Below, piece by piece: positions 48,314 through 61,137 of a stretch of 64,000 bases of DNA (position 1 is its first letter; each line of letters begins with the position of its first letter). The notes under the pieces were generated by a model. The model was given only the letters and a program-made list of their open reading frames with translations, was not told where the DNA came from and made no database searches. A program made the translations under genes and the position numbers. This stretch comes from Octopus sinensis. Its lineage: Eukaryota. The stretch is from positions 30,255,360 to 30,319,359 of the forward strand of contig NC_043019.1 of NCBI RefSeq assembly GCF_006345805.1, given 5' to 3'.

Positions 48314-48527
48314 ATATGTGTGTGTCTGTGTTTGTCCCTCTAGCATTGCTTGACAACAGATGCTGGTATGTTTACGTCCCCGTCACTTAGCGGTTCGGCA
48401 AAAGAGACCGATAGAATAAGTACTGCGCTTACAAAGAATAAGTCCCGGGGTTGATTTGCTCGACTAAAGGCAGTGCTCCAGCATGGCCACAGTCAAATGA
48501 CTGAAACAAGTAAAAGAGTAAAAAGAG
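48099..48527 (+). mobile_element. tRNA-derived SINE, family A, near full length (other copies 17824-18191 -, 22598-22989 -, 27296-27570 +, 34935-35319 -, 45473-45812 +, 55283-55645 +, 5115-5275 + partial)
   Basis: Head GGCGCAGGAGTGGCTGTGTGGTAAG with box A/B-like motifs (GGTTCAATCCC), internal (TA)n/(TG)n, tail GTAAAAGAG; many dispersed copies. Confidence 0.9.
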
Positions 48528-50267
48528 AGTAATTAATATACTATACTAAGTATAAGAAATGTAGACCTTGATACACTGTGTCTGAAGAAAAGACAGGTGA
48601 GTGCATTAAGACAGACCTTGGGCTAAAATACAATAACAAAAAATACTAAACATTTTATTATTTGAAAAGTCATCACTAAGCTGAGAAATTTAAAAATTAA
48701 ATATCTGGGAATGTGTGGAAAATGTTGTTGTTTAGCCCCAGATCAGCACTGATCAAAGGCTTTCCAACTGTGACCATCACATCTTTTCCCTATGTGTAGA
48801 GAACTTGGGATCACGTTATCCGACATATCCTTTTCTAAGATGGTGAAGTGTATTCAAAGGATATTTGGCTGTTATTTTCAGCAGGCTAAGCAACTGCATG
48901 AGGAATGGTTAGCTCAGTGGAAGTTTACGAGACTGGTATTTATTCACCGAAGAAATAATTGAGAGAAATCTAATGGAAAGAAATCATCCTAGCCATTCCC
49001 AAAACGAAAATTGCATTTTGGTGTAAAAACGAAACAGATGTTAGCATCAAGAAGCATTAGTCTCAGACTAACAGAGAATGTCATTTGGAGAGGAGTATAC
49101 ACCACACACACACCACATGTACCAAGCAGCTTCACAAAATTAATGCATTTAATTAAGTAAAATTAACCCCTACCTCCCTTCCCTGCCAAATCTCCTCTTT
49201 ATTAAATGATAAATGCATATGCTTTAAATATCACACAATCCCCCCATGGTGAGATATAAAGCACAGTTATATCAACAAACCCTTGGTACCTTTTTTTATG
49301 TGTGGAGTGGGGTGCATGGCGAAGAGAGATGCCAGAACTTTGCATGTGAAATTGAAGCTTGCAGTCTTCAAAGTAGTTTCTACTAATTATGATAAACAAG
49401 AATATCAGAGGACCAAGGGGACCTTTACCTGACAACAGGCATCACATCTGTTTCTTCTTCCGCTGCTGCTCCTACCATAGTATCTGGTTCTTTGCCAGCT
49501 AGGTTGATTAGCAGCTCCACCCAACTGAATCCTTGTTTTTTTCCACACTTGGGGGTGACAAGAGTAGCACCCACCTTACCACCCCTACTGATTCACAACC
49601 AGCCATTTTTTGCAAACCTTTCCTCCCAGAACACAACCTCCTCCTCTGAAATTCCCTTCCCATTCACGTTTCCTTTTGCAGATGTCAAGCTACTACGCGT
49701 TCAAACAAAATACTCTTCTAACAAAATAATCGTCCCTCATTTGGAGGCCCTGTGTAGGCGATAAGCAATATCCTCTCATATCAGAGGTCCTGGACTATCT
49801 TTCCAGTTTTGAAGGTCTTGTGTAGTTCCTGGGCACTGCTTTCAATGTCCATAGCTAGCGCAAGACTTCTGACAATCTTCCCAGTGTCAGAGGTCAGGCA
49901 AGGATTAGGGATTACTTCCTTGCTCCAGCTTTAACATACAATGAAGATGGGCACCTCACTTTCCTATCTAGATCATTACTGCATGGGTCTGTAACACATA
50001 AACAAGATCACAATTTTTCTTTTGTGATGGTGGTGGTAGTACAGCTGGGTAAACTGACCCTACTATATGACTGGTATTTTGTCTTATCTCCTCTGGAAGG
50101 ATGGACAGCAAAGTTGAATTCAACAAAATTCAAAGTCAAAATGTAAGAGGACGCAACTAAGTAGTATCAAACATGTTACTTTGCACTTAACTATACATGT
50201 TAATGTAGAGGGAACCCATGGAAATTTTCAAATAATTCTGCCAATCCATTACCCAAGAGTTCCTTAA

Positions 50268-50487
50268 CCCTTTCATTACTGTATTTATTTTGAGATGCTC
50301 TGTGTTTCTTTCAGTTACTTTCAATATAACAAAGAATTTAGTAAAATAACTTAGTTATCATTAAACTGGTGTTAGGAACATAAACTGTGGCTAAGGTTTG
50401 GTGAAAGATTTTAATTCAAAACTTATGAAAATAAGACATTTGAACTCAGAGCCAGAGTCGGTTTCGGCCATGTTGGTAACGAAAGGG
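50268..50487. mobile_element. piggyBac-type MITE, family P1 (220 bp)
   Basis: TTAA|CCCTTTCATTAC...GTAACGAAAGGG|TTAA. Confidence 0.88.
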
Positions 50488-51004
50488 TTAATATAATAAA
50501 CAATTACTACAAACCAAAACCATTCCAACAGTTTTCAGGAATCACACATTGTTAAGCGACTTTTACTTGCTTCAGTTATCGAACTGCAATCATGCTGGGG
50601 GCACTGCTTTGAAGAGTTTTAGCTAAATAAACCACCTCCAGTACTTCACAGTCATTATACAGTGGCCATGCTGGGGCACTGCCTTGAAGAATTTTAGTCA
50701 CATGAATTAACTCCGGGACTGTCTTTTTAAAACCTGATACTTATTTTATCAGTCTCTTTTGCTAAGCTACTAAGTTATGTAGATGAAAACACATCAAGGA
50801 GTTTCTTCACCTTGAAGGGCAAGAACTTATAATTAGCATGGGATCAGAGAACTGGCAGAAAAGAGGCTTCAGACAGGACAACATGATGGCCTCTACTTTG
50901 AATGCTTGGCTGCTTTTGTTGTAACTTGATGGATAATGCAAATGAGGTACCAAAATATTGCAAAACTTTTGACTCAATAAAATAAATATATATATATATA
51001 TATA

Positions 51005-51598
51005 TATCATCATCATCCTCGTTTAACGTCCGCTTTCCATGCTAGCATGGGTTGGATGGTTCGACCAGGGTCTGGGAAGCCAGGAGGCTGTGCCAGGCTC
51101 CAGTCTGATCTGGCAGTGTTTCTACAGCTGGACGCCCTTCCTAATGCCAACCACTCCGTGAGTGTAGTGGGTGCTTTTTACGTGCCACCGGCACAAAGGC
51201 CAGAGGAGGCTGGCAAACGGCCACAATCGATTGGTGCTTTTTACATGTCACTGACACGGACACCAGTCAGGTGGTGCTGGCATCAACCACATTTGGATGG
51301 TGCTTTTTACATGCCACCGACATGGGTATCATAACTAAAATTTCCATTTGATTTTTTTTATTCATATCATCATTATCATTATCGTTTAACGTCCGTTCTC
51401 CATGCTAGCATGGGTTGGATGGTTTGACTGAGGTCTGGGAAGCCAGGAGGCTGCACCAGGCTCCAGTCTGATCTGGCAGTGTTTCTACAGCTTGATGCCT
51501 TTCCTAACGCCAACCACTCCCTGAGTGTAGTGGGTGCTTTTTACGTGCCAGGCAAGGCTGGCAATGGCCACGATCGGATTGGTGCTTTTTATGTGCCA
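51005..51598 (-). mobile_element. Two tandem copies of SINE family D with (TGA)n tail (other copies 8680-8900 +, 10985-11195 -, 16195-16466 +, 25700-25905 +, 40140-40400 +, 62870-63068 +, 63128-63368 -)
   Basis: Conserved ...GGAAGGGCATCCAGCTGTAGAAAC...CCAACCCATGCTAGCATGGAAAGCGGACGTTAAACGATGATGA. Confidence 0.88.
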
Positions 51599-52456
51599 AA
51601 TCTATTAAAATGATTCTCTTTACACACACACACACACACACACATCGATGTGTATTATATGTGTGAACGTGTCTATCTGAGTGTTATGTAATGTATAGAT
51701 GCCAATATATGGAACTTTTGGCTCTTCATTTATAACTTCTACCAAATAAATAAAAACTCTGTGTGTGAGTCTGTACACAAGAGAGAGAGAATGCATAGAG
51801 AGAAGGAATGATAAGAGAAAAGTGAAAAATGATATGGTTTAAAAGTCACAAGACATCGAAAATCCTGTTACTTTTCAAGAAATACAAGTTTATTAAGCCA
51901 GTTTGGCCAATGGAATAACTTTGGTTACATCCGGAATGGTAAGATAATACCATAACAACGACCTACAACATTCAGCAGAAGAATATAAGACTTTAAACTG
52001 AAAATGGTTTAAGACTTATGTGGGCGTTGACAGCTGAAGAAACAGGGGAAAAAGACAGAGAGCAGGAATAAATAAAAAGTTCCCATAATTCTTAAGACTG
52101 GTCTCTTGAGTAACAATTGTGTAAATATAACAGAAACAGCAACAACAGTATTGGATTGTTTAGGCTGGTGGCGCCGACGAGGTTGGTCTCCATCTCGGAA
52201 TGATAGCGTTACCAGCCACACTGACTTAACATACATACACTGAAGCACTCGGTGCTTAGTGACCCAATTTCCAACAAGCCAATGACCAAAACGCAACCTG
52301 CTAGAAATAACACCCAAATCTATCTCAATACATATCCTTATCATCTAAAATATGGAAAGGACATGTCGGATTAATGTAGTTTTGGATAATCCTAATAAAT
52401 GAGATAAATAGTCACAATTGGAATGCATTTGATTAGGATTTTGAACTGGAGCTTAA

Positions 52457-52678
52457 CCCTTTTGATATCAACCCGCCTGAAACTGCCTCTGGCTCTGTAG
52501 TACAAATGTCTTGTTTTCAAAAGTTTTGAATTAAAATCTTCCACCAAACCTTAGTCACAATTAATGTTCCTAACACTAGCTGAATGATAACTAAGTTATT
52601 TTGCTAAATTCTTTGTTATATTTAAAATTATTCGAAAGAAATACAGAGCATCTCAAAATAAATACGGTAATGAAAGGG
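52457..52678. mobile_element. piggyBac-type MITE, family P1 (opposite orientation to 50268)
   Basis: TTAA|CCCTTTTGATATC...GTAATGAAAGGG|TTAA; internal sequence is the reverse complement of the 50268 copy. Confidence 0.87.
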
Positions 52679-53352
52679 TTAAACTGGGGTTAAACAGCAT
52701 CAACAAATATATTAATTCAAGAACTGTTACTTAAACTGTGAAAATGCAATGGTTAGAGGTGAGGGTAATCACTTCGTGAGTCAGATTCCCTGGGGTACGT
52801 TGTGTCCGTGATCAAGACCTGTTATTTCATGCTGTTCCAGTCCATTCAACTGGCAAAAACAAATAGTACCTGCATTTCAAAGGGCCAGCTTTGTCACATT
52901 CTGTGTCATGTCGAATCTCCCTGAGTACTATGTTAAGGGTATGCATGACTGTGGAGTGCTCAGCCATTTGCACATTAAATTTCATGAGCCGGCTGTTCTT
53001 TTGATTGGGATCATCTGGAACCCTCGTTGTCATAACTGATGGAGTGCCAGAAGATAAACTATAGAGAGTAACAGATAATAACAGGTAAACAAGAGAGAGA
53101 GACTTAAGCAGAGTGGCTTGACGAGGAAACTGGAATAACTGCGTATCTTGCGAGGGTAGATATGAATAATGAAGTTTTGCGTAAACCCCTTTCTCTTTGA
53201 GATAAGGATTTTGAATTGTTTAAAAATAGCAATGAATGATTTACATAAAAGATAACAATGGGTAGGCGAAAAATCTCGCGGGATTACTATCTAATACATT
53301 CATGAATGAGTACCTTTGATAAAAGCAATGTACTTTAACAGGATGTTATAAT

Positions 53353-53434
<82 letters not shown>

Positions 53435-53803
53435 GTAAAATTCGTTTTTGGACTTGGATGTCAAAGAACATAAAAACTATAAATGATAGCATGTAAATAT
53501 TTACATGTTATTATTTATAGCTTTTATGTGCTTCAAGATTCACTTCCAAAAAAAAATTATTTCATGTTCTCTCAAAGGTTTATAAATTCTTCTGACGTCA
53601 ACAATATATATGTGTGTGTGTGTGTGTGCATATGTGTGTAGCACAGTCTTGTATTATATTTATTCTCTGTGCCCTTGAGGCAGTTAAAAGAATTACTACT
53701 ACCACCATCACTACTACTGCTGCTTTCACAATAGCAAACCAGCAGGAAAAAAAACAAAATTAAAGCAAACTTTTTTTTAACTAAAAGAAAATACAAATGT
53801 GTG

Positions 53804-53845
<42 letters not shown>

Positions 53846-55897
53846 GGAAAAAATCCATGTATGTATGTGTGTGTGTGTGCACATTGTCTCAAGAATTAAC
53901 GAAACTGGGACTGTACAGAAAAACAAATTTAATCTTGTTAAGAGAAATAAAAACTCTGAAAAGAGATAAATGTAAAAACAAATATATATATATATATATA
54001 TATATACATACATACACACACATACATACACACACATACATACATGAATGTGTGTGTGTGTGTGTGAAGGAGTGAATATGCATTATAGATATGTGTGTGT
54101 ACATTTATGCTGTTTTTTAGAGATTGTCTAAGAAAATTTTAATTGAAACTCCCCTACAAACACTAAACATGTGACAACATTATATAAGAAAACAACAACA
54201 ACAATAACTTGCCTGATGGGGGGAAGTTGGTTACAGTATTTCGGAGAAGTGGAAGGGGACAGTTATGCTGGGGCTGGCCAAGTTAGGAGTGATGGGTGGA
54301 ACAGGGGCTAGTGGTTAAATTGTTCTGCTTTGGTCTCTCTTTTCATTTTTTTTTTGTTTACTTAAAATGCTTTCATTTAAATTTCCATTAAACATTGTAG
54401 GAAACGGGGAGGGCATGTATTTGGTGACATATCAGTTCAATTCATATTCTACATCATCACTATCATAAACTTCTTATAGTTTCTCTTTTCTGCCTCTCCC
54501 TCAGTAACACTAATGTAAATATGGCAGGGAAATTTAATTAAGAGAATAATTAGCCATGTCCACCGAGCTTTTGCTATTGACGTATGATCCCGAGTCAGTC
54601 CTGATCCAGCAAAGCGCACAATCACTGCATTCCAAACATGACCATCCTGTCTTTCATTTAAACAGATCTAGAATTACCACATTTTTTGACATAGAATTCG
54701 AATTTTTCGTACTAAAATTTACAGCCCCAAAAATGGTGAAGTCAACTTATACACCAAGATGACTCAGGGCAATCAAAAATTCCTTGTGACATGCAACAGA
54801 TTTAGAAAGATAACGATGATGTTTGAATGTTTACACTACATATTAACACTATGTTCTGCTTCAGCTTGTATGCCAGAAAATATGGTAGATTATCCAACAA
54901 TATGTTCTTTGCTTTTTTTTTTTTTTTTTTAAAAACGAAGGTTGTTATTTGAGAGAGGTTGGACTGCTATTTCTAGCAAGCTAAATGAACCACGTAGAGG
55001 CTCCCTTATTAAGATACCATACAATGGGGCAATCTTTGTGTTTAGTTATAAAGCGATTATTGTTGTTGTCCTGCCTGAATTTGATTTTAATAGATACCAG
55101 AGGAAGGGGAAGTTTTGTTTAGTTCCAAATTGATGCCAGATTGTGGAAGCACTAAATCACAACAGAGGGCTTTGTTGACATTGTGGGGCCAGAGCAAAAA
55201 TCCTACATATTTAACATATTTAATTTTGTTTGTTTTTGCTTTAATACAACCCTCCCAAAATACAATACTACTAATTATATTCGTGGCTGTGTGGTAAGAA
55301 GTTTGCTTCTCAACCATGGTACCAGGTTCAGTCCCACTGTGTGGCACCTTGGGCAAATGTATTCCACTATAGCCCCAGGTCAACCAAAGCCTTGTGAGTA
55401 TATATGTGTGTGTGTGCCTGTGTGTCTTTGTGTTCATATTTGTCCTCACCACTGCTTGACAGCTGTTGGTTTTTTTTAGTTCCTGTGACTTTGCAGTTCA
55501 GCAAAAGTGACTGATAGAATAAGTATCAAGTTTTTAAAAAGTAAGTACTGGGGTCGATTTGTTTGACTAAATCTTTCAAGGTGGTGGTGTCTCCAGCATG
55601 GCCGTAGTTCTATGACTGAAACAAGTGAAAGATAAAAAAATAAAGATACTCCAAAGAGGAGGAGCTGAGAGATCAGGATTTTTAACAGGCCCTCCTCTAA
55701 GGTTGTCCAGACATCACAGCTGGTTAGGCTACAAGTCAGCCCTGAATGAATATAATCAAAGGCATTCCTGCCATGACCAGTGTGTCCTTTTGTAGATTGA
55801 GTACTACATTCTTGAGTGTGCTCTTCCTTTTTAATACAGTACTGTAATTTGAGGGTATTTGGATACTATTTCTTTTAGTTAGAGGAATCATGTAAAA

Positions 55898-56166
55898 CAG
55901 TTGTTCTCAACAGAGGTCCCTATGATCTTTAGTGGTCCCTATGACCCTTGTGGGGTTGTGGCCATATAAAATTTTGTTGTTAAAATTTATGGGTAATTAA
56001 AATTGTTTATACTTCTACTATAGACAAAATATTAATTTTTTTTTATATAATTCCTAATAATATTTCATTATAAAAATATAATAGGATTTTTTTTTAACAT
56101 TGGGGTCCAGCAGAGCGAAATAAGAATCACATAACTCCCTAGACAAAAAATGGTTGAAAACCACTG
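55898..56166. mobile_element. hAT-type MITE (related termini at ~27836 and 39813/40511)
   Basis: Termini CAGTTGTTCTCAAC...GTTGAAAACCACTG; TSD not recognisable. Confidence 0.55.
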
Positions 56167-56811
56167 ACACAAAGGCTCCCTTGCTGTCTGAAGACTGGCG
56201 AAGATTGAGGTCTATGTGAGGGAACTGGCCCAAACGTGTGTAGGGAGTGAACCCAGTCTCATTACTCACACATTTAGCATCAAGCCCCTGGGGTACATCA
56301 GGCTTAGCTTAGGGTTGGCCACATTGTCCGACTGGCAGGGTGCAGTGAACACCTGACAGCTTTTCTGAATGCCACCCCCAATTAAGTTACACATGTCTAC
56401 GACGGCAGAAACAGAAACAATGTGTTGGTGAAGTCGCGAGTTCAATTCCTGGTGGCACGTCTCCTTGAGCAACACACTTCAATAAACGTTGCTCCAGTCC
56501 ACTCAGCTAGCAAAAATAAGTAGTGCTTGTATTTTCAAGGGGCCAGCCATGTCACATTCTGTTTCATGCTGAATCTCTCTTAAGGGTACTCGTGTCTGTG
56601 GAGCGTGCAGCCACTTGCACATTAATTTTATGAGCAGACTGTTCCATTGTGTGGATTGACTGGAACACATTGTAACTGAAAGAATTCCAGTTTGTATAGG
56701 GAACCAACACAATTATGTTCTATCACAATTGATATTAACTTCAAAATGTCTAATTCCACAGAATATTGAGCAGATAGACAGATAGAGAAAAAGACAGAAA
56801 GAACGATAGAG

Positions 56812-56845
<34 letters not shown>

Positions 56846-57388
56846 TAAGATAAATAGATAGATGGATACATAGAGGGTTTCCAAGTAATTTCTTGAAATA
56901 CCAATACAAAACCTATTTTCAGCAAGAACTGTCAACTAGAAATAAAAGATACTTGTAAATCTATAGTTTGGTCTTTCAATCCCCGAAACAATGGTTTATT
57001 CATTGAAGAAAATTCCATGTTTTAATTAGCATGCAAGCTTAAATGCATTCAGTGATGCTGTTGTTCACATTTTTTAGTCACTGAATGGGCAGGCCTATGG
57101 TAAAAAAAAAGTGTGTGGGTGTCTTGCCATGACTATTCCATTGTTTTACAAGTGTGTCTGTGACTACATCATCCAGTGAGCATGTAAGAGGTTCCTTTGA
57201 AGGTTTGTTGTCATCCATAATGGTGGTGATGTTGCTTAAAAGATCAAGCTGTGGTTCACAGCAGTGCAAATATTGATTGCTGAATTCATTTTGATTTCTC
57301 ATCATAAAAAGGCATATCTCAGGTGTTTTCTAAGACTGCCGAAGAACCACTGTCATACAGATGTGTATGTGTGTGTGTGTGTGTACAC

Positions 57389-57600
57389 ACGGGGGGTGGG
57401 TGCTGAAAAGTCTGGCTTTGGGTAAAAGAAAAAACAGAAATAATTATGATTTTATTGAACATATTCCCCTCTTAGATTCACACACTTACTGCAGCAGCCC
57501 TTTAGTTTTTCTAAGCCCTGTAAAAGAACTTGGAAGGTTGGGCCTCCAACCAGGTCTTTTGCAACACCCTTAATATCAGGAACATTTCAGCATCCCCTTG
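57389..57600. mobile_element. Mariner-like MITE, second copy of the 15171 family
   Basis: Shared internal sequence; right end AACATTTCAGCATCCCCTTG|TA. Confidence 0.7.
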
Positions 57601-57644
<44 letters not shown>

Positions 57645-58300
57645 CATTTGGATGTCCACTTTCCCATGCTCGTATAGGTTGGATGGAATTTATTGAGGAA
57701 GATTTTCTACAGCCAGATGCCCTTCCTGCTGCCAACCTTCACCTGTTTCCAAGCAAGGTGATATTTCCCCACTATTAGACATGTTCTTGCTGAATATTGG
57801 AAATGAACGGCACCGCTTGTGTGACAATGACACTTATTTACAACTGTCACATGATGTCAAGACAAGGAGACACAAACGCACACATATATTATATATGACG
57901 GGCTTCTTTCAGTTTCCATCTACCAAATCCACTCACAAGGGATTTGGTTGGCCTGAGACTTACAGCAGAAAACACTTGCTCAAGGTGCCATGCAGTGGGA
58001 CTGAACCCAGACCCATGCGGTTGGTAAGTAAACTTCTTACCACACAGCTACACCTGTATAAATCTTCATTTAATGTTATTTATATTTGCTTTGAACAAGG
58101 GTTGAGAGCTGCCTCGGAATGGGGTAGCCAGCTGTTAGGACTACAAGCAACCATCAACAGATTTATGTTTAACTTATGCGTAAATAAGGGGGAGGCAGTG
58201 CATTATCTGATGTGTGTGTGTATGTGTGAATGCACATGGGTACATATTCTAGTTTTAGACAAGGGAGACCATATTCTTGCAGGTCATATGAAGCCATTAA

Positions 58301-58520
58301 CCCTTTTGTTACTGTATTTATTTTGAGATGCTTTGTGTTTCTTTCAATTACTTTAAATATAACAAAGAATTTTGTAAAATGACTTGGTTATCATTCAGCT
58401 AGTGTTAGGAACATAAATTGTGACTAAGGTCTGATGGAAGATTTTAATTCAAAACTTTTGAAAACAAGGCGTTTGTACTCAGAGTCAGAGCCGGTTTCAG
58501 CCAGGTTGGTAACGAAAGGG
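58301..58520. mobile_element. piggyBac-type MITE, family P1
   Basis: TTAA|CCCTTTTGTTAC...GTAACGAAAGGG|TTTA; close match to the 50268 copy. Confidence 0.85.
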
Positions 58521-58604
58521 TTTAAAGGATTGGCAGTAGGAAGGGTATCTGGACAGAAAACAGTACCATAAGAAAGGTCAAAGAAGGAAAAAAGAACATT
58601 GATA

Positions 58605-58785
58605 AGTGTGTGTTGTGTGTGTATGTGTATTATACATCCAATAAGTTTTCCCTTTTGTGTGTGTGTGTGTGTGTGTATGTGTATTATACATCCAATAAGT
58701 TTTCCCTTTTGTGTGTGTGTGTGTGTGTGTATGTCTGTGTGTGTATTATACATCCAATAAGTTTTCCCTGTGTGTGTGTATGTAT
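58605..58785. repeat. Three-copy minisatellite (TG)n-TATTATACATCCAATAAGTTTTCCC
   Basis: Identical 25-bp core three times, separated by variable (TG)n. Confidence 0.9.
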
Positions 58786-60138
58786 GCTGAGTTATGTGGA
58801 TCTGTTTTTGCAGAAGTTCATTATCCATCATTGATACTGTAAACAAATATCTGTTTAAAAGGAAGAAGCCTCATAAATATACACCCCAGTTTAGGCTGGC
58901 AATATTTATTCGACTTCACTGCTACCAAAGCCAATATCACCACCACCACCACCACCACCACCATCATCACCACCATCATCATCGCAATCACTATACATCC
59001 TGCTTGCTCATTAATCTAACCAAAAATCTTCAGCTTCCACCCTTTCACTATCAGTTTTAAGAATTAAACATAACATTCATACTTCTGAATACCATCTGTT
59101 CCACAAATCATACACACACATAAATATACACAGATGCAGGTACACACACACACATTTACATACTGTTCAGTACCGTTTCACTGTTTCAATCTATCCTCAT
59201 AAATTTCTAGTAATGATCAAAGTCTTTAATTACATTAATAAGTGATTATGTTTTAATTACTGCCATACATACTGGACATACCACGTCGTTGGCAGCGGGG
59301 TTAGGTTAATGCACTGATGCACCTCCACCACCACCACCACCATCATCATCACTACAACCATCACCATCACCAAAAACAACAAAGGGCCCTGACATTGTGC
59401 CCGTGTAACTTTCTTTTATATCTTAATTGAATTTGAGAGCAGGCTTGAGTGATTAGGGTTAGAAACCCGTCATAGATTCCTAATTAACGGTGCTGTGGTT
59501 CAGCCCCAGATCAACTCTGATCAAGCAGACGAGCAGACCTATGGCTATGGTGACTACAGGGAAGGACAAGTCAATAACCACACAACCACCACGCTTCTCT
59601 CTCTCTCTCTCTCTCTCCCTCTCTCGCACTCTCTCTCTCTCTCTCTCTCAAATGGATGCATTCATCATTGACATGCTAAAAGACTTTATTAGATTTGCTG
59701 TCTGAAAATGATTCACTATGATGATCAAATAATCTTTATTAACTAATGACTCGTTAATCTAGCATTAATCTTTCCTGGATCCATTTAGGAAAAATGATTG
59801 AGAAACTTAATCAGGTTGGCACCAGAAATAGACTTGGTTTATCTCTAAAACAAACAGACATCTCAGAACTTAGGAGAGACATGACGCTAAGAGACTTAGG
59901 TCATGTGACATGAGGGATGCGTGTGCATGTGTGTGTGTTTTGGGGTTTACGTGATGTAAAGAGAGAGAGAGTGACAAATCCATTAGTAACATATGTTTAA
60001 TAACTGAGTGACTGCCTCGTTGGTTACAAATTGAGAAAGAAATGACTGACAGAAGAAAACGACATTGAGGAAGATGTGTGAGGAAAAAAAGAGACCCAAC
60101 TGCTTCTACCTATACCGGGAACTTCACCTGCTATTTAA

Positions 60139-60765
60139 CCCTTTAGCATTCCGATAATTCTGTCAGATGTAATGCTTATTTATTCACATTGTCTTGAATT
60201 AACCATACATTATCTTGTAGCTTTGAGGCTTCAATGATGTGACAGTTTATGAGTAAAATTATATTGTATGGGAAGTGTGAGAGGCTGAATCTAGCTGGTT
60301 TCAGCATAAAAACAGACAGGATATTTTGGGGGTGGATATGGCAGGTTTAAATGCAAAAGGGTGAAAGCAGCCATATCAAGTCCTGGTCTACTTTTTTCAT
60401 GTTCAAATGGACCAGATCCAGCCTCTCACACCTGCCCTACAATGTCATTCCAGAAATAAACAATCGTATCATTGAAATCTCGAAGCTTTGAGGTAATGCA
60501 TGATTAATTCAAAACAGTGTGAATAATAATCATTACATTTGGTAATCTGAATGCTAAAGGGTCAAACCAACTAAATGAGGCCTAAATACTTTTTTGTGTT
60601 CAAATCAGCCTGATCTGGTCCCTCACATTTATTCTACAATGTCATCCTCAAATTAATCACATCATTCAAAATATAGAAGCTATGAGAGGGTGCATAGTTA
60701 ACTTGAAACACTATAAAGAAATAAGCAATACATTTGACCGAGTAACTTGAATGTTCAAAGGTTAA
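60139..60765. mobile_element. Cluster of three P2 MITE copies (one forward, two reverse)
   Basis: 60139-60361 forward; ~60390-60561 and ~60595-60762 match its reverse complement. Confidence 0.75.
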
Positions 60766-60928
60766 GTTGTGTGTGTATGTATGTAGGGGGGTAATTGAGG
60801 AAAATAACAGCATTTGTTCCCTAGAATCTAGCACAAACAGAACCAAAAGAAAACCTAGTCTTCGGTGACAAAGCAGTACTAATACATTGACAAAAGGTTT
60901 CACCTTTTTTTTTTATGAGACAAATGGT

Positions 60929-61137
60929 CTTCTTCTTGTCTTGAGACAGCATTCACCTGGGGTGGGCTAAGCTGGCTTCATTCCTCCTCAATGCTGCATC
61001 TCTCACAAAAGCAGACCAGGCCTGGCAATTTGAGGCTAACGACCGCGTGATCTCCAACCACTCTTTATTCCAGCGGTGAACGCTGTGGAATGGGGGCCTA
61101 GGTTGGGTTCCAGATCAGCCTTGACTGGCCAGGGCTG
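60929..61137 (-). mobile_element. 5'-truncated RTE-like retroposon end with 13-bp TSD
   Basis: Exact direct repeat TGAGACAAATGGT at 60916-60928 and 61138-61150; minus strand ends ...CAAGAAGAAG. Confidence 0.75.

Noticed and set aside
49420-49990. GC-richer unique segment, possibly a LINE endonuclease remnant or an exon
   Set aside because: Stops occur in the frames I translated and no motif could be assigned with confidence.
58478-58505. GAAACCGG motif inside P1 MITE ends resembling a hammerhead half
   Set aside because: There is no upstream CUGANGA-like core and no GUH triplet; it is subterminal transposon sequence.
58605-58785. CRISPR-like repeat-spacer appearance
   Set aside because: The spacers are (TG)n, the context is a eukaryotic intron, and there are no cas genes.
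59880-60020. Cluster of TF-like motifs (GTCATGTGAC, TGAGTGACT)
   Set aside because: Short motifs expected by chance; no independent evidence of an enhancer.
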